Shown here: positions 40,997 through 53,914 of the stretch, piece by piece
Layout of the letters: each line of letters begins with the position of its first letter
How positions within the stretch are numbered: position 1 is the stretch's first letter
Assembly (NCBI GenBank): GCA_050613775.1
Contig: JBODTK010000129.1
Location: 62,001 to 126,000 of the forward strand
Source of the DNA: Neocallimastix sp. 'constans'
Taxonomy: Eukaryota
Reading direction: 5' to 3'
Length of the DNA: 64,000 nucleotides
Made by a program: the position numbers and the translations under genes
Notes under the pieces: model-generated
The model's database searches: none
What the model saw: the letters and a program-made list of their open reading frames with translations, nothing else
What the model was told of the DNA's origin: nothing

Positions 40997-43900
40997 ATGG
41001 CATCTCAAAATACTATTAAGATTTGTGAATCTTCTGATATCGTTAAAGATGCAGAAACTAAAAAAAAGTCAGTTTTTAATTCAACCAGTGTTTTGGATTT
41101 AGTTAAGTTAGATAATGAAGAAGTTTTAATAAAATACTTACTTCCAAGAAAATCTATGGCAAATAAAGATTGGCCAACTTTGTTAAGTAATGAAGTTGAA
41201 AAATTGAAAGAACTTCAGCTTAATCAAAATAGTAATCTTGTAAGAATAAGAGGTTTTGTTAAAGATATTCATTTTGATAGAAGAAATAATAATTTCCCGG
41301 GTCTTGTTGTTGTAAATATTTATTTTGTTTATATCGAAATATTTTAGAAATATATATATATAAATTAATAAATTTTATAATCTTTAAGAAAAAAAAAATA
41401 AGAAAATAAAATATATAATATATAATAGAATAATTAAAATAGAGTTATATATATAAATAAGTTTTATATTCTTTAAGAAAAATATGTATATAGTAATATT
41501 TAATAGAATAATTAATTAAATATTTTAGAAATATAAAAATTTATAAATTGTATAATCTTTAAGATGAAATAATATATACATAAATATATAATGGAATAAT
41601 TAAAAATATAAATTTAAATTTATTAATAGGATTATTTTAGTGATGGTAACTTACAAAACTATATCGAAAAACATTCAGATCTTCCATGGAAAAGAAGATA
41701 TGAAATTGCTTTAAAAATTACTGAAGGTCTTCGTACTCTTCATCAATTTGGTGTATTTCATAATGATTTGAAAATATCTAATATTTTAATGAAAGGTGAT
41801 GTTCCATATATTTCTGATTATGGTTTTTCAGTTGTTAATGATCCATGTCGTTCAAACGGTATTTACTCTGCCCCATTATTCTTATCTCCAGTTCAATTAG
41901 AGGAATTATTTTTAGGAAGTAAGAATCCAACACCATATAATGAAAAGGATGATATTTATAGTCTTTCTTTTATTTTATATTATATAGCCTATTTAAAGAA
42001 ACCATGGGCTTCTGAAATTAAAGATACTTCTGATGCTAGTTTAATTTGTTGTAAGTTTTTTTGATTTATTTTTTTTGTTATTTATTATTTATAATTATTA
42101 GTTTTGTTATAATTTATTTCTATTTTTAAATTTTTTAAATTATATTATATACTTAAATTATTACATAATTTTTTATTGTATGAAAAAATGATATTATAAA
42201 ATATATTAAAAAAAAAATAATATATATAAATACAATATTTAAATATTTTTATTAGCCATTCTTTTTGAAAATAAAAGACCATTAATTAAAGGAAAGGTAC
42301 TTCATCCAGATTTTGAAAAACTTATTACTCAATGTTGGCATAAAACTCCAGAAAAAAGACCATCTATTGATGAAATTATTCGTATTTTAAGTAATTTACT
42401 TAATCCAGATGAAATCTTTAAAAGTGAGGTTTTAAATAAATTTGATTCTATGCCAACTCCCCATGAATTAAAACTTAAAGAACAAGAATTAAGAAAAGAA
42501 CAAGAATTAAGGAAAGAACAAGAACTTCAAAAACAAAAGGAAAAGGAAGAAAAAGAATTAGCTAAATTAAAAATTAAGGAAGAAAAATCAAATGAAGAAG
42601 TTGAATCAGTTAAGAGTCCATCTGTTAAGAGTCCATCTACTAAAAGTCCAGTTCTTAGTAGTAGTAATAGTATGATGAATATGGAAAGTACAATAGAATT
42701 GAAGAAGGATAATCCAAATCATATTGTTAATATGGAAAACTTTGAAGAAGAAAAGAGATTAGCTAATAAGAAAAAGGAGGAAGAGCGTCAAAATGAAAAG
42801 TTAAAGATGGAACAAGAAGCCTTAGAAAAGGTTATGAATGCCAAAAAAATTAATGAAGAAAAAGAAAATCAAATGAAGTTAGAAAGGAGTAGAAGAGAGG
42901 AAGAGTAAATAATTTATACTTTTAATATATTATTTTTTATTCTATTTATTATTATTATTATTAAATATATAATATCATTTTCAATAATATGCATATTAAA
43001 AAAAATTATTATATGCTATTACATATATATTATTTATTATTATTAATTATTATTATTATTTGACCATATTAATTATAATAGATATTTATTGAGAGAAAGA
43101 GAAGACCAAGAACGTCATAAAATTAGAGAAGCTTTGTTAAAACAACTTGAACTTAAAAAGGCTGAAGCTGCAAGACAAAGGGAATTAGAAAAAATTGAAC
43201 TTACTAAGCAAAAAGAAAAGGAAGCTTTTGAAAAGATAGAAAAAGCTAAGAATATTCTCTTAGAAAAAGAAAAAGAAAAGTTAAAGAAGGAACAAGAAGA
43301 ACGTGAAAACGAATTAAAGAAACAAGAAGAAATTAAGAAACAATGGGAAATTTCTCAACAAAAAACTAAGGAACTTGAAAAGAAAAAGGAAGAAGAAAGG
43401 TTAAAGAAAGAAAAAGAAAAATTATTAAAAATTAAATTAGAAGAAGAGGAAAATTTCCAAAAAACATTAAAAGCTAAAGAAATCGAAGAAAGAAAGATTA
43501 GAGAAAGAAAAGAAGAAGAATTAAAAAAGAAGAATGAACAAGAAAAAAGTATTGCTGAAAAATGGAAGATTCAAGAAGAAAAATTAAAAGAATTTGAAAG
43601 AAAGAAGGAAGAAGCACTTTTAAAGGAAAAACAAAAGAAGGAAGAGGAAGAAAGAAAGAGAAACGAGGAAGCTATGAACAGAATATTATTAGTTAAAAAG
43701 AAGTTAGAAACAAAAGAAAAGAAAGAAGACACAAAAAAGGAACAAGAGTTAAATCTTCAAAAGGAAAAAGCTGAAAAATGGAAATTACAAAAAAAGAAGT
43801 TTGAAGCTCTTGAAGAAGAAAGAAGAAAGATTCGTGAAGGTTCTGTCAATACTGCTAGTAGTATTTTTGGTAATACTATAATTAAGGCTGATAAGTGGAA

Positions 43901-44792
43901 GGATCAAAAGAAAAAGTTTGAAGCTCTCGAAGAGGAAAGAAAAAGAATCCGTGAAGGTGGTGTTAATCAAGATACTGGTTTCTTATTTAATAATGGTAGA
44001 GTTTCACCATCCGTTGTAAATCGTTCTAAATTTGAAGCTCTTGAAGAAGAAAGAAGAAAAATTCGTGAAGGAGGTGTTAATCAAGATAATGGTTTCTTAT
44101 TTAATAATGGTAGAGTTTCACCATCCGTTGTAAACCGTTCTAAGTTTGAAGCTCTTGAAGAAGAAAGAAGAAGAATTCGTGAAGGAGGTGTTAATCAAGA
44201 TACTGGTTTCTTATTTAATAATGGAAGAGTTTCCCCATCCGTTGTAAATCGTTCTAAGTTTGAAGCTCTTGAAGAAGAAAGAAGAAGAATTCGTGAAGGA
44301 GGTGTTAATCAAGATACTGGTTTCTTATTTAATAATGGTAGAGCTTCACCATCTGTTTCAAGTCGTGTTAACTTCTTTAAACAGAAGGTTGATTCAGACG
44401 GTAGTTCTGAAAATGGTTCTTCACAAATTCGTTCTCAATCTCCACAATTCTATCGTCCATCCTCTCCATCTTTTAGAGCTGCTTCACCTACTCCCTCTAA
44501 TTCTTCAGTAACTTCGTCATCTTCTACTATAACTTATAAACTTCGTTCTACTAATTTAAAGGATTTTGAAAAGCGTAAATTAGAAAAACAACGTGAACAA
44601 GAACGTCAACGTCGTGAATTACAAAAACAACAAGAACAAGAAGCTTTCCAAAAACTTTTAAATGCTAAGAAGAAGATTAGTGAAATAGAGGCAAGAAAGA
44701 AGCGTGAGCAAGAAGAAAATAAAAAATTTAATCAAAATGGTTTAACTGATTTCAGAAGTATAAATAATTCAGCTGATAAAAGAGAAGAATAA
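40997..44792 (+). CDS. TKL-like protein kinase (possible pseudokinase) with a long E/K/R-rich helical region and 38-aa tandem repeats; exons approx. 40997-41311, 41630-42050, 42256-42905, 43082-44792
   Basis: VLIK, DYFSDGNL, LPWKRRYEIA, HNDLKISNIL, SDYG, KDDIYSLS, QCWHKTPEKRPS. In-frame GT-AG introns. Confidence 0.85.
43914..44360 (+). repeat. Coding tandem repeat, 114-bp period, four copies plus a degenerate copy at ~43797
   Basis: TTTGAAGCTCT recurs at 43917, 44031, 44145 and 44259. Unit KFEALEEERRRIREGGVNQDTGFLFNNGRVSPSVVNRS. Confidence 0.95.
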
Positions 44793-45452
44793 ATAGTTTT
44801 TTGAAAATGATTTAAAATTTCTATATATATATAAATATAATAAAAAGGTGAAAGAAAATTAATATAATATTATAATAGTAATAATACTTTTTTTTTTTTT
44901 TTTTTGATATTTTCAAATTTTTTAAATTTTTATTTAAAAAAAAAAAAAAAAAAAAAAAGATTATTTAAATATGTTTTTTCATATTATTTTTTTAATCTTA
45001 ATTTATTTTATATTTTTTTATTTTTTAATTATAATTATTATAAAAATAAATAAACAAATAAATGATAAAATAATATACTTTATTATAATAAATATATATT
45101 TGTTATTTTTCTTGTTTTTATTTTTATTATTTGTTTATTTTTAATATTTTATTTTATTTTATTTTATTTATTATTATTTTTTTTTTTTATATTAGTTAGA
45201 ATTAAAAAAAAAAAAAAAAAAAAAATAAAAATAAAAAAATAAATAAAAAAATAAATAAATAAAATAACAAAAAAAAGAAAAGAAAAGAAGCAAAAACAAA
45301 AACAAAAACAAAACAAAACAAACAAACAAACAAAAAAAAAAACATAAAAAATTATCATATATATTATTTATTAATTTATATCTATTAAATATATAATCTA
45401 ATAAATAAAATAATAATTAACATAAATTATTTTTGATATTACTTTTAAAGTT

Positions 45453-45487
<35 letters not shown>

Positions 45488-45644
45488 TGTTTAAATTAAT
45501 CGAATTGATGTAAAATCAGAAAAAAGGTAAAGTGAAATATATATATATTATTATTAATTAATTTCTTAATGATATTATTCTATTTTGTATTGTGAAATAA
45601 AGTTTAAAAAGTATTATAGAATAAGAAATTTGATTTAAGAGATG

Positions 45645-45680
<36 letters not shown>

Positions 45681-45761
45681 TTTGTTTTTATATATATTAA
45701 TTATATTAATTATAATATATATATAATATTATTAACTTTAAAGATATTATATTCTTTTATT

Positions 45762-45846
45762 ACTTAAAAATAATGTTATTTTTATTATGTAATTTTTTTT
45801 TATATTTCTTTTACATATATTTTGTTAGTTATTAAAACTGTTTAAT

Positions 45847-45899
<53 letters not shown>

Positions 45900-45991
45900 G
45901 AAAAATAGTTAAACAGTTTTAATAACTAGTATAATATATGTAAAAGAAATATAGAATAAAAATCATCATAATAAAATTATTTTTTTTAAGT
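45762..45991. repeat. Inverted repeat enclosing a poly-A spacer
   Basis: 45801-45845 is the near-perfect reverse complement of 45909-45953, with looser pairing out to ACTTAAAAA / TTTTTAAGT. Confidence 0.8.
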
Positions 45992-46398
45992 TCTGTGTTA
46001 TATAAAATATTTAAATTAAATAAATTATAATTAATAGATGAAATGAATAATAATAAATTTTATAAATAGAAGAGTATCATGATATTTAATTAATAAAATA
46101 AAATAAAAAAAAAAAAAAATTAAATAAATTGAGATTAATTCCATTAATATATTAATTATATATTTATATATTAAAAATATTCTCTCAATGTTTACATGGT
46201 CTATTAACAGGAATAGAAAAAGGAAATTTAAACAATAAATTAATTAATTAATAAATAAATAATTCGTAAATAAAAAATAATAATATTATATTATTTTAAT
46301 GATTCTTATTAAATAAATATAAAATTATTATTATAAAATATATATATATGTATATATATATTTTTTTATAATAATTTTAACAGTTTTATTATATTAAT

Positions 46399-46459
46399 TG
46401 TTATAAAAAGTATTTCCTAACATTTTGTACTATTAATATATTATATTACTTTTAAAGTT

Positions 46460-46510
<51 letters not shown>

Positions 46511-46530
46511 TTTTAAAAGTAATTATTTAC

Positions 46531-46583
<53 letters not shown>

Positions 46584-46684
46584 AATTATTTATATATATA
46601 TTTTTTTTTATATTTCGTACGAAAAAATGAATTTTGTATTTTGATGAAAGGAATTGTAGTTTGAAAATCTAACACTCCCCCCTC
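46399..46684 (-). promoter_or_regulatory. Polypurine tract (46684-46675) and putative 3' LTR starting TGTTAGA at 46674
   Basis: The minus strand reads GAGGGGGGAG-TGTTAGA just after the pol stop. Candidate LTR end TATAACA at 46399 is uncertain because there is no second LTR to compare. Confidence 0.6.
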
Positions 46685-49600
46685 AAAGTAAATTTTCTTT
46701 AAGCAAAATATAAAATAAAATAATTAATAATAAAAGGTATTGTCAATAAAATAATTAAAAGAGTCTTTTGTAATTTTTTTAGTAAGAATATCAGCAAGCA
46801 TATTATTAGAGTTAATATAGGAAATATTAATAAAGTCCTCTTTTATATAATACATGACAAACGAATAATCAATATCAAAATGTCTAGAGGAATTTGTTCT
46901 TTTTTCATTAGTAAGTATTTTTATGTTACTAATGTTATCAGAATAGATGTGAAATAATAGAACTCTACCTTCTATTTCTTTATTTAAATTATTTAACCAA
47001 ATGACCTTTTCGATAAGATCCGCTGTTTCATTAAATTCAGCTTCGGTTGTACTCCTAGCAGTAAACTTTTGCTTCTTTGATTTCCAACAGATTGGAGCAC
47101 TTCCAAAATATATAATGTATCCAGTAGTTGATTTAGCGTCATCATTTTCATCCTTTGGTCCAAAGCTTGCATCAGAATATCCAAGAATATCTCCTTTACT
47201 GTTGAATTTTAAATAATAGTTTTTAGTTTTCTTTAAGTATTTTAAAACGTTTAGAAGCATTTTCCAATCTTTCATAGTCGGATTGTTCCTTTTAGTTGAT
47301 AATTTACTGATAGTTTCACTAATATCTGGCCTTGTGCATCTTGCTAAATGTATTAGAGAACCTATGGCTGATCTATTCTTAGTTGGATTTATATCAATTT
47401 TATTCCTTTCGCTATCTGATATCTCCGAATAGGGATTATCCTTCTCATCCGTAATATCGTATTCGTTTAATTTATTTTGTATATATTTGGATTGGTCCAT
47501 AATATATTCGTCTTCACTTGTTCTTGTAATCTTTATTCCCAATATGCTATTAATTTCTTCAACTTTGGAGATAGTGTATAATTCCTTAATTTTACTGATT
47601 ATGTTTTGTATACTTTCGTCTGTGCCTATGATAACCATGTCATCAATGTATAATCCTATGATTAACATATCGTTGTTGCCAATGGTTTTATAGTATATAT
47701 TAGTATCGGCATATGTTCTTGTAAATCCTAATTTATTGATTAAGGAATCATTGATTTCTTCATATCATAGTTTTCCGGCTTGTTTAAGTCCGTATAAAGC
47801 TTTGTTTAATTTCCAGCAATAGCCATCTTCATAATCCGGATGCAACATAGGAATTTCTGTATATAGATTTATATCAATTTTTGAATTGAGGTAAGCTCCT
47901 TTAATATCTAATTGATAGCAATTGTAGCTATGTCTTGCTGCATAAGCTATTAAATATCTCAAAGATTCATAGGCAAGTGTAGGAGAGTATGTTGTAAAGT
48001 AATCAACGTTTTTCTTTTGTGTGTAACCTTTTGCTACTAACCTGGCTTTGAATTTTTTTACTTTATTATCTTCATTTGTTTTTACGGAAAATATCCATTT
48101 TAATTTTATTAATTTTCTGTTTTTGTCTACTTGATTTAAACTGATCTTGGTTGCGTTTTATGAATGTCATAATTTTCTAATTCTTCATTGATTGCAAGTG
48201 TCCAATAATTTTTATGTTTGCTATTTAATGCTTCGTGAATAGTCTTAGGAATATATAAAACATCAGCATCGATAATAGGTAAATTATCCCATATTTCAGT
48301 AAAATGTATTTCTCCATTTTCGTTATTTTCATTATTTTCAAATCTCTTCTTTTTATGGTTATATTCATTATTTGAAGAAGAATCAGTACTATTTAATTTT
48401 CTTTTGATATTTATTTTTCTTACAGTAAGTGGTACAATTTCACTTGATGAATCATAACTACTTTCAATATCACTTTCCGATCCACTTATGTAATTATAAT
48501 TAGCGTTGTTTACATTATCTACTGCGCCACTTAATGAGTCACTTTCTTCTATATTATCAACTTCATTATTATTTTCTTCAATATTGTTCTTCCTTATATT
48601 TTGTTTTTCAACCTCATTATTCGATGAAATGTTAGATTCCGTTTTTTCTTGGTTACCTTCCGTAACTTCGTTATTTGACTTTTCATTATTTATGCTAGTA
48701 TTTTTGTTTATTTGTGTATTAGATTGAATATTGTCGTTGGTATTATTATTTACGTTCAAATTTATTGATTTATTTTCATGGACGTCAATTATATCTTCAA
48801 GAATTAATTCTTGATAAAATTCAATATTGTTTAAGTCTTATTTATTGATTTATTTTCATGGTCGTCAATTATATCTTCAAGAATTAATTCTTGATAAAAT
48901 TCAATATTGTTTAAGTCTTCAATATTTTCACTAATAATTTCTTTATTTATATGGAATATATAGATATCTTTTGACTTTATAAATTTGGTCTCATAGAATT
49001 CTACTTTTCTACGCAAGTATATTGCGCCACTTTATATATCTAAAATTTTGTAGGCATTTGCATTTTCTGCTCTGCCTAAGTTTATACCGAATTTTTTAAA
49101 CATATGTAACTTATTTAAATCTTCTTGTCTATCATATGTTACAAAACAGCCGAAAGCTCTTAATTTGTCATACCTAATGGTATGTTCTGGACCATACCAT
49201 TCAAGATCAGGGATGTTATTATTTATACCCTTATGAGGTATGATGTTTTTGACATCAATAGCTGACTTTATGGCATACGACCAATATTTTAGATTTAAAT
49301 TTGAATATTTAAGAATAGTTTTAACACAATTTTCCAAAGATCTGTTATTTCGTTCAGATCTTCCGATTTCTACAGGATTTCTAGGAGCGGAGGTTAGATG
49401 AATTGTTCCATAATTATCATATAATTCATTTAATAACGGTGTACTATATTCTGCAGCACAATCTGTTTTAAAATACTTAATATTAATATCGAAGTGTGTT
49501 TTCAAGTAGTTAAAAAATTTTATAACTGCATTCCTCACTTCTCTTTTACTTGTAATATTATGGATCCATAATTTTCTTGAGAAATCATCCACAAAAATTA

Positions 49601-50955
49601 CCGAATAATTTTCACCATTTACCCCTTCAATACCTTTTTTCCCTTTGTTAAATTCTAGTATATCACTATATATTAAGTCTCCTTTAGAATTAGCCTTGAG
49701 ATTACTGGCTTTATTTGGTAATTTAGCGATTTTAGATATGTTACAATCCTTGCATGTTTTAAGTGATAATTTAATATTTTTTAATTTATTAATTAATTGA
49801 TTAGCATCATAGTGTAGGAATCTATTATGCCAAATAATTTTGTTTACTTTTTCATTTGTTGATTCTACTAAGTAGTTCTCAATTAGATTATTATTTTTAG
49901 CATTTGGTTCATTTTTCGTTACTATTTTAAATAATCCTTTGTTTATTTCTATAGTATCTATAGAATTTTTTATGTTTAATTGTTTAATATTATCTTTAAA
50001 CAATTTTAAGTATTTTTTATTATTTTGGTTATAAAATATACAATTGATATTATTATCTAATAGATCTATTATTGATAATAAGTTTCTTCTACCATTTTGA
50101 AAGAGAATAGCATTATCAATGTTTAATATTTCTGATCCTATTTTTATTTTTAATTTTCCAGAAATATTTGATTCATTGATTTTGTTATTGAGGAAATTAA
50201 TAAGAGTATATTTTATTTTTTTAGATTTCAATAATTCAGGATTGTTGATTATAGTCTGAGTGGCACCTGAATCAACCACCCATTCAATTAAAAATCATTA
50301 TTGTTATTGATAGAGCTTTCTTCCTGGGTTTCAATGTTGAAATTTTCTTCATGGTTTTCTCTTTTTAATCGTTTTTCTTTTTCAATCTTTTTCCAGTTAT
50401 AGAATGAGTCTTTCATATCACATTGGTATAGCATATGTTCTGTGGATCCACATAAAACACATTTCCTTTTAAAGACTGGTTGGGCATTGTATGGTTGATT
50501 ATTATACTTCTTTTCTTCTGAATTTCTTTTAGCAAATGGAACTACTGTTTCCTTTTCATTTAAGGATAATTGAATTATTTGTTTAATGACTGACATACTT
50601 TCTTCTTTCACAATTGCATAAGTTAGTCTTTCGTAGATATTGGGGTAGTACCGTCTAAAACTATTACGTAGGTAACCTAATTTAATCGAATTTTCATCCT
50701 TGCAAAAAAAAGGGTCCAGACTTACCATAATTTTATAATAGCTTTTCCATAAGTTTTCGAAGCTAACAATATAAGTCCTAACATTTTCTCCTTTATATGT
50801 AAGTTCTTCAAGCCTTTTCTTATATTTTCTCGCCTTTTCATCATCAGATTCTTCATAGTAGGCTTTTAAGTAATTCCAAATTTCAAAAGCTGTATCAATG
50901 TCTTCTATTTCGGTCGAAGTCTCTTCACTTAGGTGTTTGTAGATGATTCGAAATG
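46399..50955 (-). mobile_element. Ty1/copia LTR retrotransposon, 5'-truncated and disrupted (gag-PR-IN-RT-RH plus 3' LTR)
   Basis: Gag knuckle CVLCGSTEHMLYQC; protease WVVDSGAT; integrase FVDDFSR, KTDCAAEY, RSERNNR; RT QLDIKGAYL, LYGLKQAG, LYIDDM; RNase H YSDASF, STTEAEF, LADILTK. Copia domain order. Several stops and frameshifts. The left boundary is tentative. Confidence 0.93.
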
Positions 50956-52953
50956 ACAAAAAATTTTCTCCAATTTCTAAAAAGGGTATTTTTCTTGGTT
51001 TCAGTGAAGGACATAACAGCTATATTGTTATGGATTTTAAAGACCATAAAATTCATTATGAAAAAGATTTATTGTAAAGAAGATATTCCATCAGAAATAA
51101 GATTTCCTAAAATATTCAAGAATGAAATTCAATGATCCTGATTTTTTTTTATTTTTTAATTCTAATGTTATAAATAATAATTTAGTACAAGAAGGCTACA
51201 AATGAAAATTCTGATAATGAAAATGAAAATCAAATATTAATTATTAATAACAATAATGAATATAAAATAATAAAAATAATGAAAATTTAATTGTAATTTC
51301 AAAGGATTTTGGTAATGATTTTAAATCCAATTCTCAAGAAAATAAAAATAGTGTAATATTAAAAGAAATACAGATTAAGAAACTACACATCAAGTAAATA
51401 ATTAAAATAATATAAATATTAAAGAATAATGAAAGTATTAACATTGCAAAAACCACCACTTAAAAATAATTTAGATAATGAAAATAAAATTTCAGATTCT
51501 AAGGATAATTATTTTATTAATAAAAATTCTTCAAATTTTGAATCAAAAATTGAACAATAATTATGATAAATTATTTAATAAAAATCTTTCGATTAATGAA
51601 AATGAATTAAATAATGAAAATAAGAATTTTTCATTTAATAATAAATTAAATAATAATTTTTTAGATTTTGAACTCATCTTCTTCCCCACTTTAGATACCG
51701 ATTGTTTAAAATTATTTTTTCTTTGTCTGCTAAATTTCATTGGCCCATTTTCCAGTTGGATATTAAGGTTGCTTACCTCAAAGACAAATTAGATAAAGAA
51801 ATATACACAATCATTCCTCCTGGAGATACTAACTTTGAGAAGGGATATTGGAAATTAAACAAGTTTTATATGGCCTTAAACAATTTGGTAGACAATGGTG
51901 TATTACCATCTCAACTTTTCTAATCGAACAAGGTTTTTATTAACTAAGTTCTGAAAATACTTAACTTAAAAGAACAATAAATGGAAAATTAAAATATTTA
52001 ATCGGACTCTCTGTAGATGATATGGTAATTACAGGTTACAATAACAAAATGAATAATATTATCAATAAAATTAAGGGTAAATATAATATTTCAAAAGCTG
52101 GACCAATTGATTTTATTTTAGGAATAAAAGTAGAAAATTATGAATTTACTTATAAAATATCTCAAGTACATTTCTATAAACAAGATTTTACATAAATTCA
52201 ATATAAGTAATATGAAGAAAGTTAGCACTCCATGTGTAAGGGATAATAAAATTTCTGAAAAAAAAAAAAAAAACAAACCTGATAAAACCACTTACAAAAG
52301 CGCAATAAAAATACTAATCTAATTATTAAAATGTACCAAACCAGATATAGCATTTGCTGTTAATAAAACAGCCAGAAATTCTGAATACCCTATTGTATCT
52401 GACTAGGTAAAAATTAAAAATATTTTAAAATATTTAATTAATACTAAAAATTATAAATTATATTATGATGGTAAAGGGTGAAATATTAGATTATACAGAT
52501 TCTGAATTTGCTGATAACTTGAATGATAGAAAATCTATTTCAAGGAATTCTTATGGGAGAAAATTTTATATGTTGGAACTCAAAGAAATAATCAGTCGTA
52601 GCAACTTCAACAGCTGAAGCTGAATACATTAGTACATCTTTATGTATTAAAAAGATATTATGAATAAGAAACATTTTATATGAATTATTTAAATTTAATA
52701 AACTAATTATAATTTATTCAGATAATATTGCAAGTATAAAATCCAAGGAAAATGGGGATTTAAATCCAAAATTGAAGCACATTTCAATTAAATATATTTC
52801 ATTTCAATTACGATTAGATTAAAAAAAAAATATATTTTTAAATTAAAATAGATTTAAATTTCAAAAACGTAGTCCGATATTTTAACTAAATGTGTTAATG
52901 GAAATAAAATTCTTAACTTCGCAAATCGAGTTTTTCATTTTAAGAAAAACTGA
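50953..52953 (+). mobile_element. Second, more decayed Ty1/copia pol fragment (integrase C-terminus, RT, RNase H)
   Basis: KFSPISKKGIFLGFS, QLDIKVAYL, GLSVDDMVI, CTKPDIAFAV, YTDSEFA and STAEAEYIS across shifting frames with many stops. Confidence 0.88.
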
Positions 52954-53689
52954 TTTGATAGGGTTAACATATAAATAAACTTATATAAACGTAAATATTT
53001 TATATGACTATTTAGTATTTAATGTATAAACATAAATATATGTAATACATATACTTAAAAATATGTAAATAATTAAATTCATATGAAGTTAATTACTTCA
53101 TATGTAATACTTAAATATATAAATGTGGTCTTAATAAATAAATTAATATATTTTAATAAACGTGTAAATAATAATAATAGTAATAGTAATAATCATTATC
53201 ATGGTCATCATCATCAAACTTTAATTTATTTTAATATGAACCAAAAAAAAAAAAAAATTTAATTACTATTTAAAATTAATTTATGAATTTTAATCTAATC
53301 TATTTGATATATATATATATATATTTAGTTATAATTTTATATTTAATATTTTATTTTTATATAAAAAAAAATAATATTTTTTTTTTTTTTTTTTTAATAA
53401 ATCAAATTTACTTAAATTTGAAAATTAAGGATAATTTCTAAATAATTATAAATATTTTTATTATCTATCATATATAAATTAATGAATGGGTAAATAAATA
53501 AATTAATTTTATTTATTAAAATATTTGTATTCTATTTTTCTGTAATTTCTAAAATATAAATTATTTAAATGAGAATAAATAAATAAATAAATAAATGCAA
53601 AACAATAAATAATTAATAAATGTTGGTCAATATATATATAAATATATATATATATATGATAAGAACTAAATAAATTATAAAAAATTTTG

Positions 53690-53742
<53 letters not shown>

Positions 53743-53770
53743 AAATACTTTAAAAACAAATATATATAAT

Positions 53771-53814
<44 letters not shown>

Positions 53815-53914
53815 AAATATCTTGGATTTTAATAAAATATATGTAAGAAAAAATCAAGTAATTTAAGTAATTTTTTTCCTATTTAATTTTTATTGATTAC
53901 TATATATATATTTT

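Noticed and set aside
43914..44360. Regular repeats as a CRISPR-like array
   Set aside because: No unique spacers; these are in-frame coding repeats in a eukaryotic exon.
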